Assembly: GCA_951406725.2 (NCBI GenBank)
Contig: CATOCA020000002.1
Location: 868,001 to 932,000 of the forward strand
DNA from: Octopus vulgaris
Lineage: Eukaryota
DNA: 64,000 nucleotides
Reading direction: 5' to 3'
Part shown: one piece after another, positions 1 through 12,249 of the stretch
Layout of the letters: the number at the start of each line of letters is the position of its first letter
Numbering within the stretch: position 1 is the stretch's first letter
The notes under the pieces: generated by a model
Told to the model about the DNA's origin: nothing
What the model saw: only the letters and a program-made list of their open reading frames with translations
The model's database searches: none
Translations under genes and position numbers: made by a program

Positions 1-166
1 TGTATTTGTGGGTGTGTGTGTGCATGTATTTGTGGGTGTGTTAGTCCATATTGATTGTCAGTGGGGTGGTTTATGTGAGTGTGTAGGTGTTAATGTGTAT
101 ATGTAAGGGCATGTGCTTGTTTGTGTATACATGCCTCTACATGAAACTGTGTGCAGAGTCTGTGTG

Positions 167-169
<3 letters not shown>

Positions 170-204
<35 letters not shown>

Positions 205-218
205 AGAAGAGGAAGAAG
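170..218. repeat. (GA)n/(GAA)n microsatellite
   Basis: Directly visible just 3' of the FAM162-like stop. Confidence 0.9.
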
Positions 219-227
219 CAATATGTC

Positions 228-668
228 TTAGTTCTTGGTGTCATCTCCATTCTTTTCTTTATTATATTGGCGGTGCCACTCCATGTTGGTCTTTGACACT
301 CCTTCACCCCGTTTTGCAGCCTGTCTCCCGCTGTACATCACAATGATGCAAAGGACAATGGTGACAGCAACCATGCAGAGGCTGACATAGACACGGCTCA
401 AGTCTTTGGCTTTGTTGATCACTGATATCGAAATGTATTCGGGGACATCTTCAACAGATTTATATTTCTTATGCCAAACCAAAATGCGTTTATCAAAATT
501 AGTTGCTCTCTTAAGGTTGGCAGGAGTTCCTTGAAGTTGTGAAGAAGTACGGATCCCAGGAGTGAATTGCAATAATGACTTGAAGCGATTGCCGACGAAA
601 GAATTAGAGCATCGAAGATAATGTGACAGCCGAAGGAACCGACAACAGAACAGAGATGATGAAGACAT
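228..668 (-). CDS. FAM162/UPF0389 (DUF1075) family small membrane protein, single coding exon
   Basis: 146-aa ORF with an Arg/Ser-rich, presequence-like N-terminus. Contains TNFDKRILVW-KKYKSVEDVPEYIS...KAKDLSRV, one TM helix, then SGRQAAKRGE...NMEWH, typical of the FAM162 family. Confidence 0.85.
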   Translation of the reverse strand: MSSSSLFCCRFLRLSHYLRCSNSFVGNRFKSLLQFTPGIRTSSQLQGTPANLKRATNFDKRILVWHKKYKSVEDVPEYISISVINKAKDLSRVYVSLCMVAVTIVLCIIVMYSGRQAAKRGEGVSKTNMEWHRQYNKEKNGDDTKN

Positions 669-1022
669 ATTTTCTTAATAAATGTTTGGATGTCAATGAC
701 AGACGGTGTATATTAAAAAATTTTCATTTTATCAAAAATATTCATTTAACAAACTCTGTAAACTGATAATATTCCTGAAATTGTGTCTCGTGTCAAAGTT
801 ATAAAGCTTTTATTAAATTATCATTAATGAAAATAGAGGCGAGCGAGAATGAGAGACTGTTGGAAATAAAAAAGTAAAATAGTGTTTATTATGAAACATT
901 AAAATTTACTCCGCAGTGAATGCAATGAATATTTAAATTTATGAAGAATTGGATGCAGTGAATGCAATGAGTATTTAAATTTGTGAGAATTTGGAGTTAA
1001 AAAAATTCAATAAACTTCAGAA

Positions 1023-1335
1023 ATTGAAATTATAGGAAATTTCTTAGAACATGAATTTATAAAAAATATTTCCAGACAGTCAAGTTTTTAATATTACTTT
1101 CTTTTAGTACTTTTAGTAATTGCTACATACCTAATTGATAATCAGCTTTCTCCATTATAGTATCATCATCATCATCAGGTTAAGGTAATGATGATGATAC
1201 TATAATGGAGAAAGCTGATTATCAATTAGGTAAGTAGCAATTACTAAAAGTACTAAAAGAAAGCAATATTAAAAAAAAACTGTCTGGAAATATTTTTATA
1301 AATTCATGTTCTAAGAAATTTCCTATAATTTCAAT
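1023..1335. repeat. Near-perfect fold-back (about 150-bp arms, about 10-nt loop) ending in (TA)n
   Basis: attgaaattataggaaatttcttagaac...tatcatcatcat is mirrored by atgatgatgata...gttctaagaaatttcctataatttcaat. Confidence 0.85.
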
Positions 1336-1779
1336 ATATATATATATACTACTGATCCAGAGTAGTAGCACATGTTAGGATTCCAGCTATGGGTTAACTA
1401 ACATGTTGACTAAACCCTGCCTTATCTTTTCTCTTTTGTCAAATCCAGAACAGCATTTGTTCCAGCATCTGGTGGCTACTCCAGTCACACACCCTCTGTG
1501 TCTGTCCAACATTAGGTCGCAAGTCATATGTTTTGTGCTGCTATTAACTATTAACTACAATAGGACAAAGGTGAGTGGGTTGGCTGTAAAGGCACTCCAC
1601 TACATACTGTTGATGCAGCTTGTCCCTGATCACAGCTGTCCTGGATATTTTCCTTGTCACTGAACCAGTCACAGATAAGTCAAGTTGTGCCATGGAAGAT
1701 TGTGTACTCTTTTCATCACTGCAAACAAATCTTTGCACAGACAGTTCACCCTTCTAATGCAGTTGAAACTTTAAAAAAC

Positions 1780-2500
1780 TGTCAATTGCTTCCTGGAATG
1801 TCAGAACTTTATTTGATCTTTCTCAGATCAACTTCATTGAAAAACTTCTTTGGTTGCATCAAAGTTCAAATATAACATAGTGGCTCTTGGACAGGGAGAG
1901 GGATCCATATTCTACAGGAGTGGTGTCCTCAATGGCAATGACAGAAATCATGGTGAGGGGAGGGGATTAAAACACGAATCCATTCTTACCTTGTGCTGTT
2001 TAACATTTACTTGGTGGCTGTACCCCTTCTTTCAAGGAGACAGTTCACCAAGACAATGGATTTCGTATTGGGTACTACTATGAATGCAGCATCTTTAACA
2101 TTTGCCACCTGAAAGCTACATCAAAACCTGACGATTGAGTTGCACTATCTCATACCCTTGCCTCTTTTCAACACATGATGAACTCAATGAACAGTGCCTA
2201 TTCTCATCTTTGTCTTCAAGTGAATCATCGAAAAACTGAAATTCAATCAGTCTTCCAGTACTTACCTCCCCATCAGCCAATCCTTATTGATAATGCTCCT
2301 CTACCACAAGAAGTAGATTCAGTTTGCTATCTTAGAAGCACAATCTCTAACACTGGATTCCTCAATGAGGAGATACTCCATCGGATTAACTTGGCCTCTG
2401 CCTCTTTCGGAAGACTCAGCGAACAAGCCTTTTGGAACAAGAACCTTAGAGTAAGTACAAAAATCTCTGTTTATTAAGCTGTCTGTGTATCCACAGATGC
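1780..2500 (+). mobile_element. Decayed, internally deleted RTE-clade LINE
   Basis: APE N-terminal remnants (IASWNVRTL, NIVAL, GEGS) near 1785-1925 and RT C-terminal YLRSTISN...EEILHRINLASASFGRL at 2175-2477. Confidence 0.7.
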
Positions 2501-2874
2501 TGGAGCAGAATGTTTTGAAACTGAATGCAGGGGACTTTATGAAGAGAAGAGTAGACATTGTCATAAGTACTCTGTAGCTGTTGTTTGGGGTCACTTTCAG
2601 TACCCTCAATACCACAGGATCTGCCTGTCTCGAATTGGTCTTGTCAGTCACATCTGCTCCCATAAGAAACAATATATTGGAGGGGGAGGAGGGTGAATAT
2701 CCGGGATCAACACTGTCATCGCCTTTGATGGACAACAAGTTTAGAAAACATTCTTTTAGTATGTGCTTTCAAACTACAACCTGTTTTGTAAACACATGCT
2801 AAAAAAAACACATCAGAGTAGACTGTGGTCCTTTTGACAGGTTAGCACCCTAATTAAAAAGGAGAAATGCATTA

Positions 2875-3392
2875 AGGCAGCGAGCAAGCAGAATTGTTAG
2901 CATGCCGGGCGAAATGCGTAGCAGTATTTCGTCTGCCGTTACGTTCTGAGTTCAAATTCTGCTGAGGTCGACTTTGCCTTTCATCCTTTCAGGGTTGATA
3001 AATTAAGTGCCAGTTACGCACTGGAGTTGATGTAATCAACTTAATCCGTTTGTCTGTCCCCTCTGTGTTTAGCCCCTTGTGGGTAGTAAAGAAATAGGTA
3101 TTTCGTCTGCCGCTATGTTCTGAGTTCAAATTCCGTCGAGGTCAACTTTGCCTTTCATCCTTTTGGGGTCGATTAAATAAGTACCAGCTATGCACTGGTG
3201 TCGATATAATCGACTTAAACCGTTTGTCTGTCCTTGTTTGTCCTCTCTGTGTTTAGCCCCCTGTGGGTAGTAAAGAAATAGGTATTTCGTTTGTCTTTAC
3301 GTTGTAAGTTCAAATTCCATCAAGGTCCACTCTGCCTTTCATCCTCTCGGGGTCGATAAAATAAGTTCCAGTTGAGTACTGGGGTCGACGTA
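2875..3392 (+). mobile_element. tRNA-derived SINE with tandemly repeated body (3 partial units)
   Basis: A-box-like head, B-box GAGTTCAAATTC, and body gactttgcctttcatcctttcggggtcgat repeated three times. Same family as 16697 and 38871. Confidence 0.8.
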
Positions 3393-3400
3393 GGATCTTT

Positions 3401-4183
3401 TCCTTTTGAACGGCACTTTGTAACATAATTTCTAGGTAACTAAAAAGTTTTAAACTTCGTATACTGGTAGAATGTGTTTATAAAACATCATTTTCTCTTG
3501 GCTTTATTGAGAAAATTCTATATGTTGTAAGATATTTCGTCTTTAATTTTGAGCATTTCGGCAATTTTAACCAATCGCTGATGTCCATTTAGGTAAATAA
3601 CATTCTATGCATAATGAATATGTCCCTCCTTTAAGAAACAGATTGGGTTTATTTACATTTGTGAAGAAAAAAAGATACCCTTCCCCCACCCCTAACTCTA
3701 ACCCTAAAATAGATTGAAATGCAATAGATTGATACTAGGGCCATAATTATGGGTGACATTTTCATTTGTCACCGCTAGAAAAAAATCCCATTTTCTGTAG
3801 CGGTGTCGTATGAAATTGTCACGCATAATTATAACCCTAGTATCGATCTATTGCATTTCAATCTATTTTAGATTTAGGGTTAGTTAAGGTTAGGGTTAGG
3901 GGAAGGGTATCTTTTTTCTTCACAAATGTAAATAAACCCAATCTGTTTCTTAAAGGAGGGACATATTCATTATGCACAGAATGTTATTTACCTAAATGGA
4001 CGTCAGCGATTGGTTAAAATTGCCGAAATGCTCGAAATTAAAGACGAAATATCTTACAACATATAGAATTTTCTCAATAAAGCCAAGAGAAAATGATGTT
4101 TTATAAACACATTCTACCAGTATACGAAGTTTAAAACTTTTTAGTTACCTAGGAATTATGTTACAAAGTGCCGTTCAAAAGGA
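3401..4183. mobile_element. Palindromic MITE/fold-back element inserted in a SINE
   Basis: Arms of about 380 bp are almost exact reverse complements (tccttttgaacggcac... / ...gtgccgttcaaaagga) with internal CCCTAA/TTAGGG-like repeats. SINE 3' sequence (gctggctttgtgccaaaatttgaaacc) resumes afterwards. Confidence 0.8.
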
Positions 4184-5278
4184 CGTAATTGCTGGCTTTG
4201 TGCCAAAATTTGAAACCATTATAAAGGACTGATACAAGAGGAAACCACTCCATATGCGAGAAATAGCAGCCAAATGTTATCAAACTACTCCCTACCATTT
4301 TGTCTTATTTTATGATTCCGTTCACATATAGGGTGCCTTAGAGGAATATTAAGCAGATCTCAGTACTTAAGTGGTATATCGTATAACGACGCCGGAAAAA
4401 TGAAAGGAATAGTTGATTTCAACAAGGGATACATTAGATAAGGTAATCTGGAGTATGTTTAATTGAACAAGAAAAAATTGAAATGATCATGCTGGAATGA
4501 TTTTCATGAAATGCCTGCCCTATTAAAGCAGGTTTCGAACTACTTGAAATAGTAATCAAATTTTCCCCAAATTACAATAGCATTTCTAAACAAAATGTAG
4601 TTCTGGATACACTCACTACAACTGGGAAAAAGAAATAAAAAGATTGTAAAGTTACAACTGGAACGCTTCTGATAGCAGGTCTGCTCGATCAAGGTTAATT
4701 TAAACAAAATAACTACCATCTGGTCATGTTTAACTTAATTTTTTTTAAATACCAAATTTAAACGCAGTTATGGATAACATCAGACATAGAGATTTGTAAG
4801 CAAGTATTGGTACACCGATCTACATATGTGTGTGCGTGTATGTATGTGTGTGTTTATATTACATAAACACACACGTTCTAGACGCTTCTCTTAACTTATA
4901 ACCAGATGATCAAACACCTACTGAACGTTTAAAGAGTAGAGTTACCTCCCTTCTGCATGTTCGTGTGTCTATGTATGATGTAGTTGTGAGTATGTTTATA
5001 TTTACGAAAATGATTCCGTATTTGGAATATGTATAAGTCTTTCAATTAGTGTGCGTTTGTAGTGTCAGCCTACCGAAGCTTGTGTGGGAGACTTGTTCAC
5101 AGGGACCTTTCATTATTTGTATTATTTTTGTGAAAAATCAGTAATAACAATTTGAACTCATAAGCGATACAAAACCATCGATATCAAGTTAAGGTAACCT
5201 TTGTATCACTTTTGCTCACTTTATTTGTCTGACTTTTGGCAAAATCATATACGCACATAATTAACTTTCCCTTTCAAT

Positions 5279-7516
5279 ATGGCGTCGAAGGAAGAGCCGA
5301 TGGTTCAGTTCGTCGACGAAAAACTTATAAGCAACGTTATGAAAAATTTATACGATCAAAGAAAGATATCCCGTTTCTGTGACATTGTATTTAAAGTATG
5401 TGGCGAGGAAATTTTTGCTCATAGTAATGTATTGGCTGCTGCTAGTCCATATTTTGCTTCCTTTCTGGGCATGGGACAAGACTTGCCACGCGCTTTCTCT
5501 CAGAAAGCACCCCAAATAATTGAAATTCACATCGATGGAGCGAGTGATTCCAATAGTGGCTACGGGATGGCCGTTAGGAAGGTTGTAGATTTTATGTATA
5601 CAAGCGTCATCGAGCTTTCTCTCAACGTTCTCTCTCAGGTGGTTGAGATAGCCAAGATCATGCAGATGGACAGAGTTTTAGAATATTGTGAAAGATTCCG
5701 ACAGAGTGTCCAAACTTCTGGCATAACAACTGTTGTCGACAGTAAACATACCAGCCAAGAAGATCCACAGCAAATAAAGAAGGATCCCGACTATCAACTG
5801 GACAATCTTATAACTAATAATTTTGTTGGCGAATCTTTACCTCCGCAGGAAATTGGTGACAGTAAAGACCAAACAACTCAAACTAATATTTTTACTCATT
5901 CTAACTCGAATGTTTTATCAGTTTCCAACAATTGTTTAGTGTTAAGTTCCACAACTGTGACTTCTTCAGCCTCTGTACAGCCATGTGAAACTATTAATGG
6001 TCAGCCTTTTCAAGTATCAGGTAGTACTGCTGAAACAATTTTCGAAGAATCTACACCTATCCAAGACATAACCACAGATAGTTTAATGGACGAAACTTTA
6101 TCAACATTGGTGACGCATACAGCTACCTCAACAAACACAACTTCCATTATTACTACTGCTACTAATATTAATTCAGTTTCAAATTCAGAAATTCAAAATT
6201 TAAGTTCCACAATTGAAGGTGATAAAACGGAAGATTCAGTGGAGACAGGTAAGCCTGACACGGAACCTGAAGCACAGATTGAACTTGAAGAAAAATCGCT
6301 ATCTCAATGTCCAGGAGCTGTACGTTCAAGTCTTCGAATACGACTCAGCAAGAAACACACGCGTAGTCGATCCATTTACAGAAACAAGGGTAAAACGAGA
6401 TCACGTCTACACAGTTCTTCAAATAACAATCAAAATTCTGCCAACAATAACGACAGTAGTAGTGGTGATGGTGGTAATGGTAAGTGTAAGAAGCTTGGTA
6501 AGGTAAATAATGTAAATTTTGAAGTATACGTCTGTGATGACTGCCTGTATAGTACCTATAGTTTCTATCATTTTAAAAGACATCAAAAAATACACTTGGA
6601 AGGTAAATATGGTTGTGATAAATGTGATTATAAAGCCAACAAATTGAAATCTCTTACAGATCATAACCGAAGCCATTTACATGCTGAACTTCAATGCAGT
6701 TATTGTGATTATAAAGCTACTAATGCTGAAGAACTTACATTACACTTATCTCGACATAGTGGGGAACATCCATATTTCTGTTGCCTGTGTGATATGAAAT
6801 TTAAAACAAAAACTCAACTCAATTTGCATGCACCTAAGCATTCAGAAGACAAACCATTTGTATGTCCAAAATGTTTTGCAGGTTTCAAATGGAAGCATGC
6901 TCTCAAAAGTCATATGGTGGTACATAGCAATACTAAGGACCATTTGTGTGATGTTTGTGGTTTTGCAACTGCACATAAAAGTCAGCTTAAGGCTCATCAT
7001 CTTATACACACAGGGGAAACGTTCAAGTGCACTGTTCAAGGTTGTATATTTCAAGCATTAAAGAGACAAAATCTCAAGTATCATATGTTGACACACACTC
7101 ATGAAAAACCACATATTTGTCGGGTGTGCAACCAAAGTTTCTCACTCATAAAAAACATGAAACGGCACATGTTGCTTCATTCAAATGATCGGCCATACAA
7201 GTGTGACCATTGCTCATTCACGTCAACACGGTATGACAAACTCAAAGAACACTTATTAAAACAGCATGGCATTGGGGAAAGGCCAAACAAAAAACATCGA
7301 ATTTCTGATTACCAGATTAGTAACAACAATGGACTGTTTACTGAATCATATGGAGAAGAAGCAGAAGAAAATAGCACAAAAGAAGAAAACACAATTCCTC
7401 CAACAACAACACAAATTGTCATTACAGCTTCAGATGACATCCCTGTACCATTTGCTATTACAAGAGTCAATAGTGATGGTTTTACAGAAATAAGTTATCC
7501 TATTCAGTATGTGTAA
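5279..7516 (+). CDS. BTB/POZ domain + nine C2H2 zinc-finger transcription factor (ZBTB-like), single coding exon
   Basis: 745-aa ORF. BTB motifs FCDIVFKV..EEIFAHSNVLAAASPYF and VVDFMYT, an S/T-rich linker, and nine CX2-4CX12HX3-4H fingers with SGEHPY/THEKPH/TGETF linkers. Confidence 0.93.
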   Translation: MASKEEPMVQFVDEKLISNVMKNLYDQRKISRFCDIVFKVCGEEIFAHSNVLAAASPYFASFLGMGQDLPRAFSQKAPQIIEIHIDGASDSNSGYGMAVRKVVDFMYTSVIELSLNVLSQVVEIAKIMQMDRVLEYCERFRQSVQTSGITTVVDSKHTSQEDPQQIKKDPDYQLDNLITNNFVGESLPPQEIGDSKDQTTQTNIFTHSNSNVLSVSNNCLVLSSTTVTSSASVQPCETINGQPFQVSGSTAETIFEESTPIQDITTDSLMDETLSTLVTHTATSTNTTSIITTATNINSVSNSEIQNLSSTIEGDKTEDSVETGKPDTEPEAQIELEEKSLSQCPGAVRSSLRIRLSKKHTRSRSIYRNKGKTRSRLHSSSNNNQNSANNNDSSSGDGGNGKCKKLGKVNNVNFEVYVCDDCLYSTYSFYHFKRHQKIHLEGKYGCDKCDYKANKLKSLTDHNRSHLHAELQCSYCDYKATNAEELTLHLSRHSGEHPYFCCLCDMKFKTKTQLNLHAPKHSEDKPFVCPKCFAGFKWKHALKSHMVVHSNTKDHLCDVCGFATAHKSQLKAHHLIHTGETFKCTVQGCIFQALKRQNLKYHMLTHTHEKPHICRVCNQSFSLIKNMKRHMLLHSNDRPYKCDHCSFTSTRYDKLKEHLLKQHGIGERPNKKHRISDYQISNNNGLFTESYGEEAEENSTKEENTIPPTTTQIVITASDDIPVPFAITRVNSDGFTEISYPIQYV

Positions 7517-7973
7517 TGAATTACCTGACTCCCATTGTTATATATTTGTTTATTTATCTGTATTTCTTTTTACCTGTGTGGTAAATATGAGGTGTGTATA
7601 TATAAACACACACATATATATATATATTTATATGTATATATGCATAAATAAATTTATTATATATTTATATATGCGTATACACACACAGAGGCAAACTTAT
7701 TTTATACTTTATTCTTTCATTTAATGTCCCATTTTTTTCATGGTAGCTTAGGTTAGATTGAGGAGCTGGATGCTCTCCCTCTCATCAACACTTAGCTGTT
7801 TTCCAAGTAAAAGATTTTTATTCTACAGCTCTTTGAAAGTGCAGGATAACTTGGTCATAAGGTTAATAAGGAACATAACCACCATCATGTGGAGACAAGC
7901 ATAGAATATCAACAGTCATGCACATGTATTTATATATGAGAGGCTTTCAGGGACTCTATTAGAAAACGCACAC

Positions 7974-8005
<32 letters not shown>

Positions 8006-8174
8006 ATACATACACACAGATATGTATGTATATAATATATATACATATATATATGAGAAAAAATAAGTTGAAAAAGAACAACTCAAACTTTTTGAGAGAT
8101 CCAAAAAGGGAGCAAAAAGGGTTTCTAATAAAGATTCATCATATTCATAAAAATCAGCCAGAGCAAGTAATATG

Positions 8175-8492
8175 AATATGAAAATAATAGTTGGAAAATT
8201 TTGTTATTGGTATAAATATACCATAAACAAGTATAGAAAAATGGAGAAAAAAGATGTTGAATCAAAATTAGATTTAATACAAAATAGGATTCAATATATA
8301 CGCATGTTTCGAAAGACAATACAAATAAGTTAGAAAAATATTATAATTAAATTTATGCTTAAATTTCGAAATGTGCATATGTACTGAATCCAATTTTGTA
8401 TTAAATCTAATTTTGATTCAACATCTTATTTCTCCATTTTTTAAACACTTGTTTATGGTATATTTATACCTATAACGAAATTTTTCAACTAT
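8175..8492. mobile_element. Inverted-repeat element with half-hammerhead motif, flanked by (TA)n
   Basis: 8187-8310 is inverted at about 8365-8492. The minus strand reads GAAA-CATGCG-TA at 8299-8310, but no CUGANGA is present. Confidence 0.55.
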
Positions 8493-9875
8493 ATATATAT
8501 ATATATATTATTCAACTTGATTCAGGTTTGGTCTTATTCCTGGTAGAATTTAAGTGGGTAATGGGTTACTACCTGTTACCTTAGATATCCACAAGCTTTC
8601 AAGTGCTCAAAACCCTTCTGATAATCTTTCCTGTTCCTAAGAGACAAACTTTCTGTAGAAGCTCCACAGGACACTCCAGTTCAATCACCTTCAACCATTT
8701 GTCTATCATTTCTTACAGTCCCTAATTTACCAGTTATTACTGGCACAACCCTTACAGTTTCATATTCCAATTTATTGCTATTTCAAATTTTAAGGGAGTA
8801 TATTTTTTTTAATTTTTCATCTTTCTTTACAATCTTGAAATCAAATGGACATGATGAATCAATTAGTAAGCATCTTTGCTTTTCCTTGTGTATTATTGTT
8901 ATATCTAGTTTATTATTTTCTATCTTTTCTGTTTGAATTGGAAAATCCCATAAAATCTTGCACTTCTCCAACTCAGGCACCCTTTCAACTTGATGATAAT
9001 ACCAAGTCCTTCCAGCTTCAAATCCCCATTACTGACAAAGCCTCCAGTGCAAAACTTTCACAACTTGGTCATGCCTCCATTTCTTGTATTCTCCTTGAGC
9101 CAACTTGGGACATTCTGTCACAATGTGTACCATTGTTTCATCCAAAATTTCACACACTCTGACATTTCATATTTTCTCAAGTTGTTTGTTTTTAACACTT
9201 TATATTGAGCTGCTAAAATAAGTCTTTTTTTTTTTAATTGCTCTTTTTTCAACCAAGTCCAGGTTTTTGTTCCACACACAACCTCACTGGCTTTCCAAAT
9301 CTGATCATACAAAGGTTTCTCTTCAATCTATTTAATATACTCTCTTAAGATTTCATTCTTGTCCTTTTTTCCTATTCCACACTTGATCATCTGTTCTTTA
9401 TTTACTACTTTTCGTAATTTCTCTGTGCTGTTCTGTAAATATTCTAGTAGGCTTTTCTTTCCTTCTGTATATACTCTTCCACCCTGGTCTCTCTTCAAGT
9501 ACAACCGTTTTAATATTAGCTCTTTGATGGTAGTCTCCAAACATTGTTAACAGCTTTCTAGTTTTTCTGTCAAGTTTCTGCATGTCACTTTTTGTCCAAT
9601 CAACAATTCCAATTCCATATCTGATTACCAGTACTGTTCTTGCATTTATTGCTTCAATAGCATATTTTGAATTCAGCTTAAACAGTATTTTTCTCACTCT
9701 CCTTGTATACTCCCTAATTGTAATCTGCTTCATCTCTTCATGTTTTATTTCATCTGCCTCCAGTATTCCCAAATACTTATACCACTGTCTTTTCTCAACT
9801 ACTTTTATTTTTTGCCCATTTGGCATTTCAATTCCCTGGCTTCCTTCAAACCTTCCCTGGTTCATTATCAATTTA

Positions 9876-10618
9876 CAGTGATCCCTTGTTTATCGCGGTA
9901 GATTGGTTCCGAGACCAGCTGCGATAACTGAATTTCCACGAAGTAGGGACACCATATTTACAGTATTTATTTAACGTGTATTTGGACTTTTAAAACCTTC
10001 CCTGTACTATTAACAACTCACCCATTACAGTAGTCTATTAATATCAAGGACAACTGTTAAGCAATAACACTTTAGATTAAAAAAGATTGTTACTGTACTC
10101 AACATGAAAGAAGTTGAAGTAAAATTTGAATGATGATGGTGATGAATTTGCTGTGCAGTAGAAATGATGGCGGTGCCCTTTCCTGGGACACCTCTTCCAC
10201 TTCATCTGAAGGTGCAACCGTAGTAGTAGCAGCAGGAACTGGCTCTTTTTTTGCGAGGCTGCAAAAACATTGTGATAGGAAGTTGCTGCCGCTGCTTCTT
10301 TTTCCATTCAAAGAGCTTCTTGTTGGGATTCATGACTTCATCGACCTTGTTGCAAAATTGCACAGAACGAACCATATCGTCGTCCAATTCCTATGATTCG
10401 CCTTTCAATTCTTTAGCCAGGTTGCAGACCTTGGCCAGCCGTTGCAAAGTCAAGCCAGTTTGGTTGACAACTTCTGTTCCTTGCTGCGTTTCTTCTTTTT
10501 TATTATTAATATTTTAATGGATTTAATGAAAAATTTTAGGTGTTCATATATATATTTTTAAAATTTGCAAAGTCGTGATTCCATGATAGTTGAACCGCGA
10601 AGTAGCAAGGGATCACTG
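9876..10618 (-). mobile_element. Tigger/pogo-like (Tc1/mariner) internally deleted DNA transposon
   Basis: TA target duplication at 9874-9875 and 10619-10620. TIRs CAGTGATCCCTTG..TCGCGG at both ends. Transposase C-terminal remnant KKKQRQQLPITMFL. The R4 sequence resumes on both sides. Confidence 0.85.
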
Positions 10619-12249
10619 TAGTGCATTTTTCAATCCCAAATTCTATACCTACATCATTTCAGAAAATGCAAACAGTACGCACAAGACTTTCAAGCTACTT
10701 CTCATTATATATAAAGCTTTATATTATCCATAAAAAGGAGACCATATCCTTTTCCAAAATCATAAAGCTATTTTGGATCTTTTTTGTTTGGTAGCATCTA
10801 TGGAAATTTTAAAGTTTAGTGAAAATTTTAAAATTTGGTGTATTGATGTAATTTTCCATGCTGAATCTCAGAAGCTAATTCACTTTTTCCATAAAATTTA
10901 AAAAAAAAAAGTTACAAATGTTTAAAGTTTGATAATTTTTACTAGTCAGAAAACAGGATTTGGAAGATGTCATTTTGTGCGTGACTGCCCATGTAAACTG
11001 TAAACAAATGGAATATTGGCAGAATTCTACCTTACGCACCCCTTAAATCTTTTTTATTTTTTGGAATTTTCCGAAAATTTTTCTAAATTTGTATTCTACA
11101 TATGGGAACTCACAGTTATGCAAAAAAAAAAATTGGTGTGTGATTTAAGGCTTATTTGGCTGTTATTTTTAGTATATCTCATGACCATCTTATACCTCAT
11201 GTATTTTACACTTGATAAGCGAAAAATGATCATATGGGTAAGCAGCTTGGTTTGTTACTATGGAAACAAGCACCTATATGTCTCTTGATGGGCTAAAATT
11301 TGCAAACATTAAAATCTATTAACTCTGTTGTATTAAGGCAAAATGAATTTCATGTCAATGATTACCATACAAAACTACACCAATACACCAAATATGAAAT
11401 TAATTGGAACAAAAATTGAAAAGTGGCAGCCAAATAGCTCTTTTGATTTCTTCTAATATCAAACTGAGCAGTATTATGACCAATACAAATAAGCTATCTC
11501 CTTGAAATATACCACATCTGATTTTCGCTTTCCCAAGCCTTTTATTTTTTCTTTCCAATCAATACAGTACTCCAATGTTTCATACTTTCCTTGACTTTTC
11601 TCCACATTTTGTGTCACTCATTCTCATTGTTTTACTTGTCCAACAGTGTGGTACGATGTCATATGCTTTTCTGTAACCCAACCATGCTACATTCAAGCCT
11701 GTCAATCTGCTTCTACAATTTCTAATTATCATTTTATCAACTAACTATTGGTCTTTAATTGCACTACTGTGCTTCATGCATCACTTCTGTTCATAGAAGT
11801 AAACTGTTACTTTCCAGATGATTATATAACGTTTCTGCCAAGACACCTCTCATAAACTTCCATATAAGTGCTAAACAGGTTGTAGTTTGAAAATTTGATA
11901 CCAGCTTACCTTTGAAGGGGTCCTCGAGACATAGCAAATGTTTGTCCACTTGTCATCCAGGTAAAGACATGTCCTTGCTGCAGCCATTCGTCAAGGTGTA
12001 CAACAATCTTTTCATGCAACTATGGTAAAATTCTTCAGCCAATATCCTTGTACTCCATCCAATCCAGGTCCTTTCCAATTGCTATTTTTTAAACTTCAGT
12101 CGCACTGAATACAGCTCAATTCTGATGCTCATTTGTCTTGGTACAATTTCAAACTGTTTCTCCGACTGTGTTAACCACTCTGTACTTTCTTTATGTTTCA
12201 CTGGCCTATTCCATAGCTATGGGAGTAATTCTTTATTTTTTCAAAACGA

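Noticed and set aside
1172-1215. Hammerhead at the apex of the 1023-1335 hairpin
   Set aside because: CUGAUGA derives from a (GAT)n run, and no stem II/III or UH could be formed.
2319-2802. ORFs of 139 aa (-) and 73 aa (+)
   Set aside because: They partly overlap the RTE relic and show no motif or splice support.
3680-3910. Telomere or interstitial telomeric array
   Set aside because: Only a few degenerate units, lying inside a palindromic element.
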